This document shows positions 1 to 6,229 of a stretch of DNA of 7,450 bases, one piece after another. How positions within the stretch are numbered: the stretch's first letter is position 1; each line of letters starts with the position of its first letter. The position numbers were made by a program, and so were the translations under genes. The notes below the pieces were generated by a model. It saw only the letters and a program-made list of their open reading frames with translations, was not told the DNA's origin and searched no databases. Source of the stretch: a virus (taxonomy: Duplodnaviria; Heunggongvirae; Uroviricota; Caudoviricetes); the IMG/VR virus record IMGVR_UViG_2531839581_000012; one strand, given 5' to 3'.

Positions 1-1
1 C

Positions 2-340
2 AAAGCGTATTTCGAGCTGGGAATGACGTTCCCGGAACTGTATGACGACAGCCATCCGGAAGCCCTGGCTCGCAATACCCAGAAAATTTTCCGCTGGGTA
101 GAGAAAGACACCCCTGATGCAGTTGAAAAAATTCAGGCGTTGTTACCAGCGATCGAAAAGGCAATGCCACCTTTGCTGGTGGCCAGAATGCGCAGCCACA
201 GTTCAGCTTATTTTCGGGAGCTGGTGGAGACGCGGGAGCGACTGGTGAGAGACGCTGATGATTTTGTCGCAGTGGCAATCGCCGGTTTCAATCAGATGAA
301 CCGTGGTGGCCCGGCAGGAAATGCTGTGGCAGTACATTGA
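2..340 (+). CDS. 3' end of an upstream phage early-region protein (5'-truncated by the window edge); function not recognised
   Basis: The reading frame is open from the first full codon at nt 2 (KAYFELGMTFPELYDD...) through the TGA at 338-340; the ATG at 23 in the ORF track is internal to this frame. Composition is GC-rich like the rest of the phage backbone. It lies directly upstream of the replication initiator, where lambdoid genomes carry early regulatory genes. No motif was recognised. Confidence 0.45.
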   Translation, partial: KAYFELGMTFPELYDDSHPEALARNTQKIFRWVEKDTPDAVEKIQALLPAIEKAMPPLLVARMRSHSSAYFRELVETRERLVRDADDFVAVAIAGFNQMNRGGPAGNAVAVH

Positions 341-411
341 CTGACAATAGCCATATCGAATCGCTTCCGGCAACTCGTGAGTAAAAAGATTCGGTATCAG
401 AAGAGGTGAGT

Positions 412-1482
412 ATGGCTAACGCTTGGCTCAGATTATGGCATGACATGCCAAATGACCCTAAGTGGCGAACAATTGCCAGGGTGTCAGGGCAGCCAATTGC
501 AACAGTGATGGCAGTGTATATCCACCTCCTGGTGAGCGCGTCACGAAATGTCACGCGAGGTCACATTGATGTCACGACAGAAGATTTGGCAAGTGCGCTC
601 GACGTGACAGAAGAGGTAATTGATTCAATTTTGCAGACGATGCAGGGGCGGGTACTTGATGGTGATTTAATCACTGGATGGGAAAAACGCCAGGTGCTTA
701 AAGAGGACAACGGCAATATTTCGCAAACCGCAAAATCTCCTGCAGAGCGCAAGAGGGCGCAGCGAGAGAGGGAAAGAAAGCGGGAACAAAATGGCAATTG
801 TCACGGCGCGTCACGAAATGTCACGCACATGTCACGACGAGTCACGACAGATAAAGATACAGATAAAGATACAGATCAAGAAGATCAAAACACTATGGTC
901 CATGGCGTAAAAAACGCCACGAACCAGGCAGGGGATGTTCAGACCGTCAATCTTGGTCAGCCAGCAGGCACGACACCGGAAGCCGATTCAGCGTATGCGC
1001 TGAAAGCCGATTCGGGCGCTGTGCAGCAGGTGATGACCGCAAGGGCGGAGCAATCACACCAACTGCAGCAGCCTGAAGCCGATTCCGCCATTCAGCGGGA
1101 AGCCGATCGGGTAGTCCCGGAAAACACCGGGCAGTCTGTGGGACGAGTGGATTATCCGGATGTGTTCGAACAGGTCTGGCGGGAGTACCCGTTGCGTGCT
1201 GGGGCAAACCCGAAGAAATCCGCTTTCAGTGCCTGGAAGGCCAGATTACGCGAGGGGGTGCCACCAGAGGCCATGCTGGATGGCGTGAGGCGTTACGCAA
1301 GATACTTGGCGGCTACCGGGAAAACGGGAACGGAATTTGTTCAGCGAGCGACGACGTTTTTTGGACCGGACCGGAATTTTGAGAACCCCTGGTTGCTCCC
1401 GGTAAGCGGCACGAACAACCAGCGTTGTGTGAATCATATTTCTGAACCGGATAACGAAATTCCGCCGGGCTTCAGGGGGTAA
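412..1482 (+). CDS. Phage replication initiator / replisome-organiser protein with iterons embedded in its own gene
   Basis: The ORF track gives 406..1482 starting at GTG; an ATG at 412 lies 5 nt after AAGAGG (401-406) and is the preferred start. The N-terminal ~120 aa (WLRLWHDMPNDPKW...AVYIHLLVSAS) resembles the winged-helix N-domain of phage replisome-organiser proteins. A basic linker follows (ERKRAQRERERKRE). The C-terminal ~110 aa (DYPDVFEQVWREYPLRAG...FVQRATTFFGPD) resembles the conserved C-terminal domain of enterobacterial prophage initiators (DnaT-like or DUF1376-type, family assignment uncertain). Two iteron clusters sit inside the gene, as with lambda O and ori-lambda. Confidence 0.7.
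   Translation: MANAWLRLWHDMPNDPKWRTIARVSGQPIATVMAVYIHLLVSASRNVTRGHIDVTTEDLASALDVTEEVIDSILQTMQGRVLDGDLITGWEKRQVLKEDNGNISQTAKSPAERKRAQRERERKREQNGNCHGASRNVTHMSRRVTTDKDTDKDTDQEDQNTMVHGVKNATNQAGDVQTVNLGQPAGTTPEADSAYALKADSGAVQQVMTARAEQSHQLQQPEADSAIQREADRVVPENTGQSVGRVDYPDVFEQVWREYPLRAGANPKKSAFSAWKARLREGVPPEAMLDGVRRYARYLAATGKTGTEFVQRATTFFGPDRNFENPWLLPVSGTNNQRCVNHISEPDNEIPPGFRG
536..608 (+). repeat. Iteron cluster 1 of the putative replication origin
   Basis: TCACG/TCACA motifs start at 541, 551, 561 and 572, spaced 10-11 bp (about one helical turn), with an inverted copy CGTGAC at 602-607. The 21-mer GCGCGTCACGAAATGTCACGC at 536-556 recurs exactly at 806-826. Confidence 0.65.
801..846 (+). repeat. 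Iteron cluster 2 of the putative replication origin
   Basis: Five TCACG copies start at 801, 811, 821, 832 and 842 with 10-11 bp periodicity. The cluster contains the exact 21-mer shared with cluster 1 (806-826). Confidence 0.7.
851..890 (+). repeat. AT-rich tandem repeat next to the iterons; candidate DNA-unwinding element
   Basis: GATAAAGATACA occurs twice in tandem (851-862, 863-874), followed by GATCAAGAAGATCAAAAC with two GATC sites (874-877, 883-886). It lies immediately 3' of iteron cluster 2 and encodes the acidic low-complexity stretch DKDTDKDTDQEDQ. Confidence 0.5.
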
Positions 1483-1522
1483 GTGTTAATTTCTGGTCAT
1501 GAGGTAATTTTCAGGAGGGCTT

Positions 1523-1954
1523 GTGGCAAAAGTTTTTACACAAGAAGAGCGGGAAAAAATTAAAGGGCAGGTTCTTGAACTCGTACGCCAGAGTGGGCGC
1601 GAGACGTTACGACAACTGGAAGCTAAAACTGGGGCAACAAGATATCTGATGAGCGTTCTGGCCAGAGAGCTGGTTGCCAGTGGCGATGTATACAATTCTG
1701 GCTACGGGTTATTCCCGTCTGAACAGGCTCGTAAAGACTGGCAAAATGCCCGCAAAAAATTATCGAGGGCAAAGCTGAAGAAACCGGTTGTGGTTGATCC
1801 GGACCTTATCTGGTCATTACCAGACGGAGAAATACGCCGCTACGACAGGCGTCTGAACATAATCTGTCGCGAGTGCCGGAAGAGCGAAGTTATGCAGCGT
1901 GTGCTGGCGTTTTATCAGAATGGTTTTCGAGAGAGGCTTGGAGATCAGGGATGA
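1523..1954 (+). CDS. Hypothetical small basic phage protein (143 aa)
   Basis: GTG start at 1523 is preceded by AGGAGGG (1513-1519). Composition is GC-rich and backbone-like. The protein is basic and carries a CRECRK motif. No family was recognised. Its stop (TGA 1952-1954) overlaps an ATG at 1951. Confidence 0.55.
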   Translation: MAKVFTQEEREKIKGQVLELVRQSGRETLRQLEAKTGATRYLMSVLARELVASGDVYNSGYGLFPSEQARKDWQNARKKLSRAKLKKPVVVDPDLIWSLPDGEIRRYDRRLNIICRECRKSEVMQRVLAFYQNGFRERLGDQG

Positions 1955-2172
1955 ATAGAACGATGAAGGATGGAAGCTACATATTCTCGGTACTAAGATT
2001 TATTTTTCTGACACAAAATGACCATTTGGCGTTACATAATCCCAAAAAAACGTATCAAAAATCTCAAAATGCGTTACGATTAGAGAGTATTTTGATTCTG
2101 CGTGCTCATTTTTTGATTGCTGTGGCTTTTTGTTGTGGGAGTGTTGAATGGATTATTTATCAGAAGTGTTAA
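1951..2172 (+). CDS. Candidate small hydrophobic ORF (74 aa) bridging the phage backbone and the ATPase gene; may be spurious
   Basis: ATG at 1951 overlaps the upstream stop (ATGA) and is preceded by GGAGA (1940-1944). The product MNRTMKDGSYIFSVLRFIFL...ILILRAHFLIAVAFCCGSVEWIIYQKC has a hydrophobic C-terminal half. The ORF lies wholly in AT-rich sequence, where hydrophobic ORFs arise by chance, and overlaps the ATPase start by 25 nt. Confidence 0.2.
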   Translation: MNRTMKDGSYIFSVLRFIFLTQNDHLALHNPKKTYQKSQNALRLESILILRAHFLIAVAFCCGSVEWIIYQKC

Positions 2173-3302
2173 AAATCATTGAAGGTGCAACAAAGGCAAA
2201 TGCTTCGATGGCTAGTAATTATGCTGGGTTGCTGGCAGATAAGCTCGAACAAAAAGGGGAGGTCAAGCAAGCCAGAATGATAAGAGAAAGGTTGCTTAGA
2301 GCTCCCCAGGCGTTGGCAGGAGCTCAAAGGGCTGGAGGTGGGATATCTCTGGGCTCATTACCGGTAGATATTGATAGTCGACTCAACACTGTTGATGTCA
2401 GTTATCCTAAATTAGACAGTTCAGAGATTTTTCTGCCTGCAGCAATCAGTACCCGTGTTGAAGAGTTTATCACTAATGTTCAACGTTATGATGAGTTTGT
2501 TAAAGCTGATGCAGCATTGCCGAGTCGTATGCTCGTGTATGGAAAGCCAGGAACAGGTAAGACTATGTTATCTAAGTACATCGCTACCCGCTTAGATTTT
2601 CCACTTCTTACAGTGCGTTGCGATACTTTGATTAGTAGTTTATTGGGACAAACCAGCAAAAATCTTAGACAGGTTTTCGATTATGTAATGCAGAGGCCAT
2701 CAGTGCTTTTTTTAGACGAATTTGATGCTTTAGCTGGAGCAAGAGGTAATGAGAGAGATATAGGTGAGCTTCAGCGAGTTGTCATTTCACTATTGCAGAA
2801 TATGGATGCGGCATCAGAGGATACGGTAATTATTGCCTCAACTAACCATGAGCAACTTCTGGATCCTGCAATCTGGAGGCGATTTAGCTTCAGAATTCCA
2901 ATGCCTCTGCCTGACATACATCAGAGAGAGTTAATTTGGAAAAATCGTTTAAAGAATATGATATGTAGCGATCTAGATTTAAGTGATTTATCAAGAAAAT
3001 CGGAGGGATTATCCGGAGCAATAATTGAACAGGTGAGCTTGGATGCACGTAGGGATGCAGTTATTGAAGGTGCAAGTGTGATAAATCACCATAAATTGTA
3101 TAGGCGTTTGTATCTTGCGCAATCGCTTATGGAAGGTGTAAATTTAAGCACTTACGAAGATGAAATTCGTTGGTTACGTTCTAAAGATAAAAAATTATTT
3201 TCTATCAGAGTTCTTGCTAATTTGTACAAACTTACATCAAGAGTAATTTCAAACATTCTGAAGGAGTCAGGAGCATATGAGCAGAAGGGGTACACAGTTT
3301 AG
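2148..3302 (+). CDS. Classic-clade AAA+ ATPase (384 aa) with a C-terminal helix-turn-helix-like segment; IetA-like by architecture
   Basis: ATG at 2148 follows GGGAG (2137-2141) at 6-nt spacing and an in-frame TGA at 2145-2147. Walker A is GKPGTGKT (G132-T139, nt 2541-2564). Walker B is VLFLDEFD (D190/E191, nt 2715-2720). Sensor-1 and second region of homology read IIASTNHEQLLDPAIWRRFSF (N233, R244/R245), closely matching the canonical AAA pattern TN...LDPA...RRF. The C-terminal FSIRVLANLYKLTSRVISNILKE looks like an HTH. The stop (TAG 3300-3302) overlaps the downstream gene by 26 nt. Confidence 0.85.
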   Translation: MDYLSEVLKIIEGATKANASMASNYAGLLADKLEQKGEVKQARMIRERLLRAPQALAGAQRAGGGISLGSLPVDIDSRLNTVDVSYPKLDSSEIFLPAAISTRVEEFITNVQRYDEFVKADAALPSRMLVYGKPGTGKTMLSKYIATRLDFPLLTVRCDTLISSLLGQTSKNLRQVFDYVMQRPSVLFLDEFDALAGARGNERDIGELQRVVISLLQNMDAASEDTVIIASTNHEQLLDPAIWRRFSFRIPMPLPDIHQRELIWKNRLKNMICSDLDLSDLSRKSEGLSGAIIEQVSLDARRDAVIEGASVINHHKLYRRLYLAQSLMEGVNLSTYEDEIRWLRSKDKKLFSIRVLANLYKLTSRVISNILKESGAYEQKGYTV

Positions 3303-5541
3303 TAACGCAAAAGTTACAAACCCAATGTTAAGAATCCCTTTTTCCAGTAGTGACTTGGGTGCAATAGTAAACGCTGGCGGTGGGGCAAAGGTATTGGTTG
3401 ATGTAACAGCCGAATATAGACAAGGGCTAGTAAGAAATTTAACAACCAGTAAACATTATTTAGAATCCAAACTTTCAGAGTACCCTGGAAGCTTGGGTAC
3501 TTTGGTTTTCAAATTAAAAGACCAGGGAATAGCCAAAACGCATAGGCCGAACAAAATTGCTCAAGAGGCTGGATTGCAAAATGCCGGTCATGCCAAAATA
3601 GATGAAATGTTGGTTGCTGCTCATGCCGGCTGTTTTGACGTATTAGAGTCAGTCATTTTACATCGGAATATTAAAGCGATTTTGGCTAATCTAAGCGCGA
3701 TTGAGCGCATTGAACCTTGGGATGAGAATAGGAAGGTTCCAGGAGGCACTGATGGTTTGTTTGAATCATCAAACATCCTTGTACGACTATTTGAGTACAC
3801 AGGTGAAGATGCAACTTACAACAACTATGAAAACGTTATTTCTATATTAGAACAACACGGAGTTAAATATGATGAGATTAGACCAAAATGTGGTCTTCCC
3901 TTATTAAGGATAATGGATTTATCCCCAAATGATAGATATATATTAGACATTCTCATTGATTACCCGGGTATAAGAACGTTAATTCCAGAACCAAAATATT
4001 CAGCATTCCCGGTTAGTGTAAGTGATTCTGTTGGCATTGAAACAAATAGCTTTCCCGTACCATCAGAAGAATTACCCATTGTTGCTGTATTTGACACTGG
4101 GGTAAGCCCCATCGCGGCAACAATTACTCCTTGGGTAGTGAGTAGGGAAACATACGTAATTCCTCCTGATACGAGTTATGAACATGGGACTATGGTGTCT
4201 TCATTGATATCAGGCGCTCATTTTTTAAATGACAATCATCCATGGATTCCTGATACAAAATCTAAAATCCATGATGTTTGTGCTTTAGATGGAAATGGAT
4301 CTTATATATCAGATTTAATTCTGAGGCTAGCAGATGCTGTAAATAAAAGACCAGATATAAAAGTCTGGAATTTGTCTTTGGGAGGCGGACCATGTAATGA
4401 GCAGATGTTTAGTGATTTTGCGATGGAGTTAGATCGGCTCAGCGATAAATTTGGTATTTTGTTTGTAGTTGCTGCAGGTAATTATGTAGATGAACCTATA
4501 CGTACATGGCCAAATCCTGATCCGCTTGGAGGTGCTGATTTAATTTCCTCTCCTGGAGAGTCAGTCCGAGCACTAACAGTTGGTTCAGTTTCTCATATGG
4601 AAGCTAATGATGCTTTAAGTGAAATTGGAACACCGACACCATATACTCGTCGTGGCCCTGGGCCTGTATTTACTCCAAAGCCAGATATAATCCATGCTGG
4701 CGGTGGGGTTCATAGACCTTGGAATGTAGGAGCAAGCAGTTTAAAGGTCGTAGGGCCAGATAATAGGCTTTGCTCTAATTTTGGTACTAGTTTTGCTGCT
4801 CCAATTGTGGCAAGTTTAGCTGCGCATACATGGCAGAGAATAGCCACTAATTCAGACTTTAATGTTTCACCATCATTGATTAAAGCATTATTAATTCATT
4901 CCGCTCAATTATCTTCTCCTGATTACTCGCCAAGTGAAAGACGCTATTTGGGAGCGGGAATTCCTAATGAGGTTATTGAGACCTTATATGATAGTGATGA
5001 TAGGTTTACTCTGATTTTCCAAACATTCTTGGTTCCTGGGGTGAGGTGGAGAAAGGAAAACTATCCCATACCATCGGCACTTATTCAAAATGGAAAATTT
5101 AAAGGTGAGATTGTAATTACTGCTGCATATGCACCACCACTGAACTCTAATGCCGGCAGTGAATATGTTCGCGCGAACGTAGAGCTAAGTTTTGGCTTAA
5201 TTGAGAATAATACTATAAAAGGAAAAGTACCTATGGAAGGAGAAAACGGTCAATCTGGATATGAGAGAGCTCAAATTGAGCATGGTGGAAAGTGGTCACC
5301 AGTAAAAATTCATCGCAAGGCATTTAATAAAGGAATTACTTCGGGTAACTGGGCTCTTCAAGCTAAAACAACGTTGAGAGCGAATGAACCGGCCTTAATG
5401 GAGCCTTTACCTGTAACTATTGTAGTAACTTTAAAATCATTAGATGGAAACACACAAGTTTATGCTGATGGCGTAAGAGCTTTAAATGCTAATAACTGGG
5501 CTCACTATCCATTGCCTGCTCGTGTGCCAGTTTCCGTATAA
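3277..5541 (+). CDS. S8/subtilase-family serine protease (754 aa), probably cytoplasmic, with large N- and C-terminal extensions; IetS-like by architecture
   Basis: ATG at 3277 is preceded by AAGGAG (3261-3266) and AGGAG (3269-3273). The catalytic triad is in canonical subtilase order with signature contexts: Asp in VAVFDTGVS (D273, nt 4093-4095), His in YEHGTMVS (H303, nt 4183-4185), Ser in GTSFAAP (S505, nt 4789-4791). The oxyanion-hole Asn lies in VVAAGN (N402). The N-terminus MSRRGTQFSNAKV has no hydrophobic signal peptide. About 265 aa precede the catalytic core and about 180 aa follow it. Confidence 0.85.
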   Translation: MSRRGTQFSNAKVTNPMLRIPFSSSDLGAIVNAGGGAKVLVDVTAEYRQGLVRNLTTSKHYLESKLSEYPGSLGTLVFKLKDQGIAKTHRPNKIAQEAGLQNAGHAKIDEMLVAAHAGCFDVLESVILHRNIKAILANLSAIERIEPWDENRKVPGGTDGLFESSNILVRLFEYTGEDATYNNYENVISILEQHGVKYDEIRPKCGLPLLRIMDLSPNDRYILDILIDYPGIRTLIPEPKYSAFPVSVSDSVGIETNSFPVPSEELPIVAVFDTGVSPIAATITPWVVSRETYVIPPDTSYEHGTMVSSLISGAHFLNDNHPWIPDTKSKIHDVCALDGNGSYISDLILRLADAVNKRPDIKVWNLSLGGGPCNEQMFSDFAMELDRLSDKFGILFVVAAGNYVDEPIRTWPNPDPLGGADLISSPGESVRALTVGSVSHMEANDALSEIGTPTPYTRRGPGPVFTPKPDIIHAGGGVHRPWNVGASSLKVVGPDNRLCSNFGTSFAAPIVASLAAHTWQRIATNSDFNVSPSLIKALLIHSAQLSSPDYSPSERRYLGAGIPNEVIETLYDSDDRFTLIFQTFLVPGVRWRKENYPIPSALIQNGKFKGEIVITAAYAPPLNSNAGSEYVRANVELSFGLIENNTIKGKVPMEGENGQSGYERAQIEHGGKWSPVKIHRKAFNKGITSGNWALQAKTTLRANEPALMEPLPVTIVVTLKSLDGNTQVYADGVRALNANNWAHYPLPARVPVSV

Positions 5542-5554
5542 CAACTATATAAAT

Positions 5555-5584
5555 CAAACCCGCTGTAGCGGGTTTGATTTATTT
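5555..5584 (+). terminator. Rho-independent terminator closing the ATPase-protease operon
   Basis: A perfect 10-bp inverted repeat CAAACCCGCT / AGCGGGTTTG (5555-5564 and 5567-5576) with a short loop is followed by the T-rich tract ATTTATTTG. It starts 14 nt after the protease stop codon (TAA 5539-5541). Confidence 0.7.
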
Positions 5585-5870
5585 GTGGGTGTGTTTTATA
5601 AAAATACCGCCCATACACAACAAAATACAAAAAGTATTACAGATAAAAAAGGAGCGTAATGTGCAGATTTGTTGTTTTCCATATTTACTCACCTTAATAT
5701 GATTAATCCCGATAAGATTGTTATTTCAGCGGTTTTCAAATGAAATATTATGCTAATTTGGCAGATTTGCATAACATTAAAATTTAATTTATCTAACCGC
5801 TTTTAATAATAAGCGTTGTATTTTTATCCCAGCAATCTGTTGTTTGGTTTTTATTCCATTAAGGTGGGGC

Positions 5871-5898
5871 TTTACACTGGAGCCAGTTTATTTATACT
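5871..5898 (+). promoter_or_regulatory. Candidate sigma70-type promoter for the downstream nin-like gene chain
   Basis: TTTACA (5871-5876), a 16-nt spacer, then TATACT (5893-5898). It sits at the 3' end of a ~300-bp AT-rich non-coding spacer, about 50 nt upstream of the ATG at 5950. This is a consensus-like match only, with no experimental support. Confidence 0.3.
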
Positions 5899-5949
5899 TC
5901 ATACGTCAGCCTGAACAACTGGCACCTGCTGCGCCAGCAGAGAAAACAG

Positions 5950-6228
5950 ATGGCGCACGATACCAAATTTTACAATTCGGATAACTCTGCCGCCCCTGCC
6001 AGCAGGCACGGGCGGCGTTCTCATGCATTCAAATCTGACTGGTATCAGCACGACCCCTGCACCGAAGAACAGGCTGAATGGCTCATTCAGTGTTACCGCG
6101 GGCGCGGATGCGAGGTTAAAAAAGCCCTTAGCCTCGACTACCGTCACTGGATAATCTCCGTCAGGCTCCCTTACTCAGAACGGCCAGCGCGTCCGTCCCG
6201 CACATTCCAGCAACGGATCTGGAGGTAA
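5950..6228 (+). CDS. Hypothetical phage nin-region protein (92 aa)
   Basis: ATG at 5950 is the only start in its open frame, and the ribosome-binding site is weak. The stop (TAA 6226-6228) is followed directly by the next gene's GTG at 6230. It is first in a chain of tightly packed + strand genes with GC-rich phage-backbone composition. No family was recognised. Confidence 0.4.
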   Translation: MAHDTKFYNSDNSAAPASRHGRRSHAFKSDWYQHDPCTEEQAEWLIQCYRGRGCEVKKALSLDYRHWIISVRLPYSERPARPSRTFQQRIWR

Positions 6229-6229
6229 T

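Larger units (their letters stand above)
1955..5900. other. AT-rich cargo segment inserted between the replication module and the nin-like module
   Basis: GC content is visibly lower across the span than in the flanking phage genes (1-1954 and 5900-7450). The AT-rich stretch 1955-2147 gives the left edge; the right edge is an AT-rich spacer ending at a putative promoter near 5871-5898. The cargo operon is closed by an intrinsic terminator at 5555-5584. No direct-repeat or att-like boundaries could be identified by eye. Confidence 0.5.

Noticed and set aside
288-1695. Minus-strand ORFs from the track (288..554, 561..797, 947..1207, 1246..1437, 1486..1695)
   Set aside because: All lie antisense to better-supported + strand genes (the initiator and the 143-aa protein), have no ribosome-binding sites or recognisable motifs, and GC-rich phage DNA yields long antisense ORFs by chance.
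2008-2120. Possible promoter elements upstream of the ATPase gene (CTGACA 2008-2013; CATAAT 2035-2040; TTGATT 2092-2097 and 2113-2118)
   Set aside because: No pair has acceptable -35/-10 spacing (21 nt, or no matching -10), so no promoter call was made. A promoter may still exist but cannot be supported by eye.
1873-2172. 99-aa + strand ORF starting at ATG 1873
   Set aside because: Its 5' part overlaps the 3' end of the 1523..1954 gene in another frame. Only the part from the internal ATG at 1951 was kept, as a low-confidence candidate.
5649-5697. Strong Shine-Dalgarno (AAGGAG 5649-5654) followed by a 12-codon ORF (ATG 5659 to TAA 5695-5697) in the AT-rich spacer
   Set aside because: Too short, with suboptimal spacing (4 nt), and no conservation evidence is available. 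It could be a leader peptide but cannot be supported from sequence alone.
5798-5827. Weak hairpin (CGCTT ... AAGCG, 5-bp stem, 8-nt loop) followed by a T-rich run
   Set aside because: Stem too short and AT-rich to call a terminator with any confidence.
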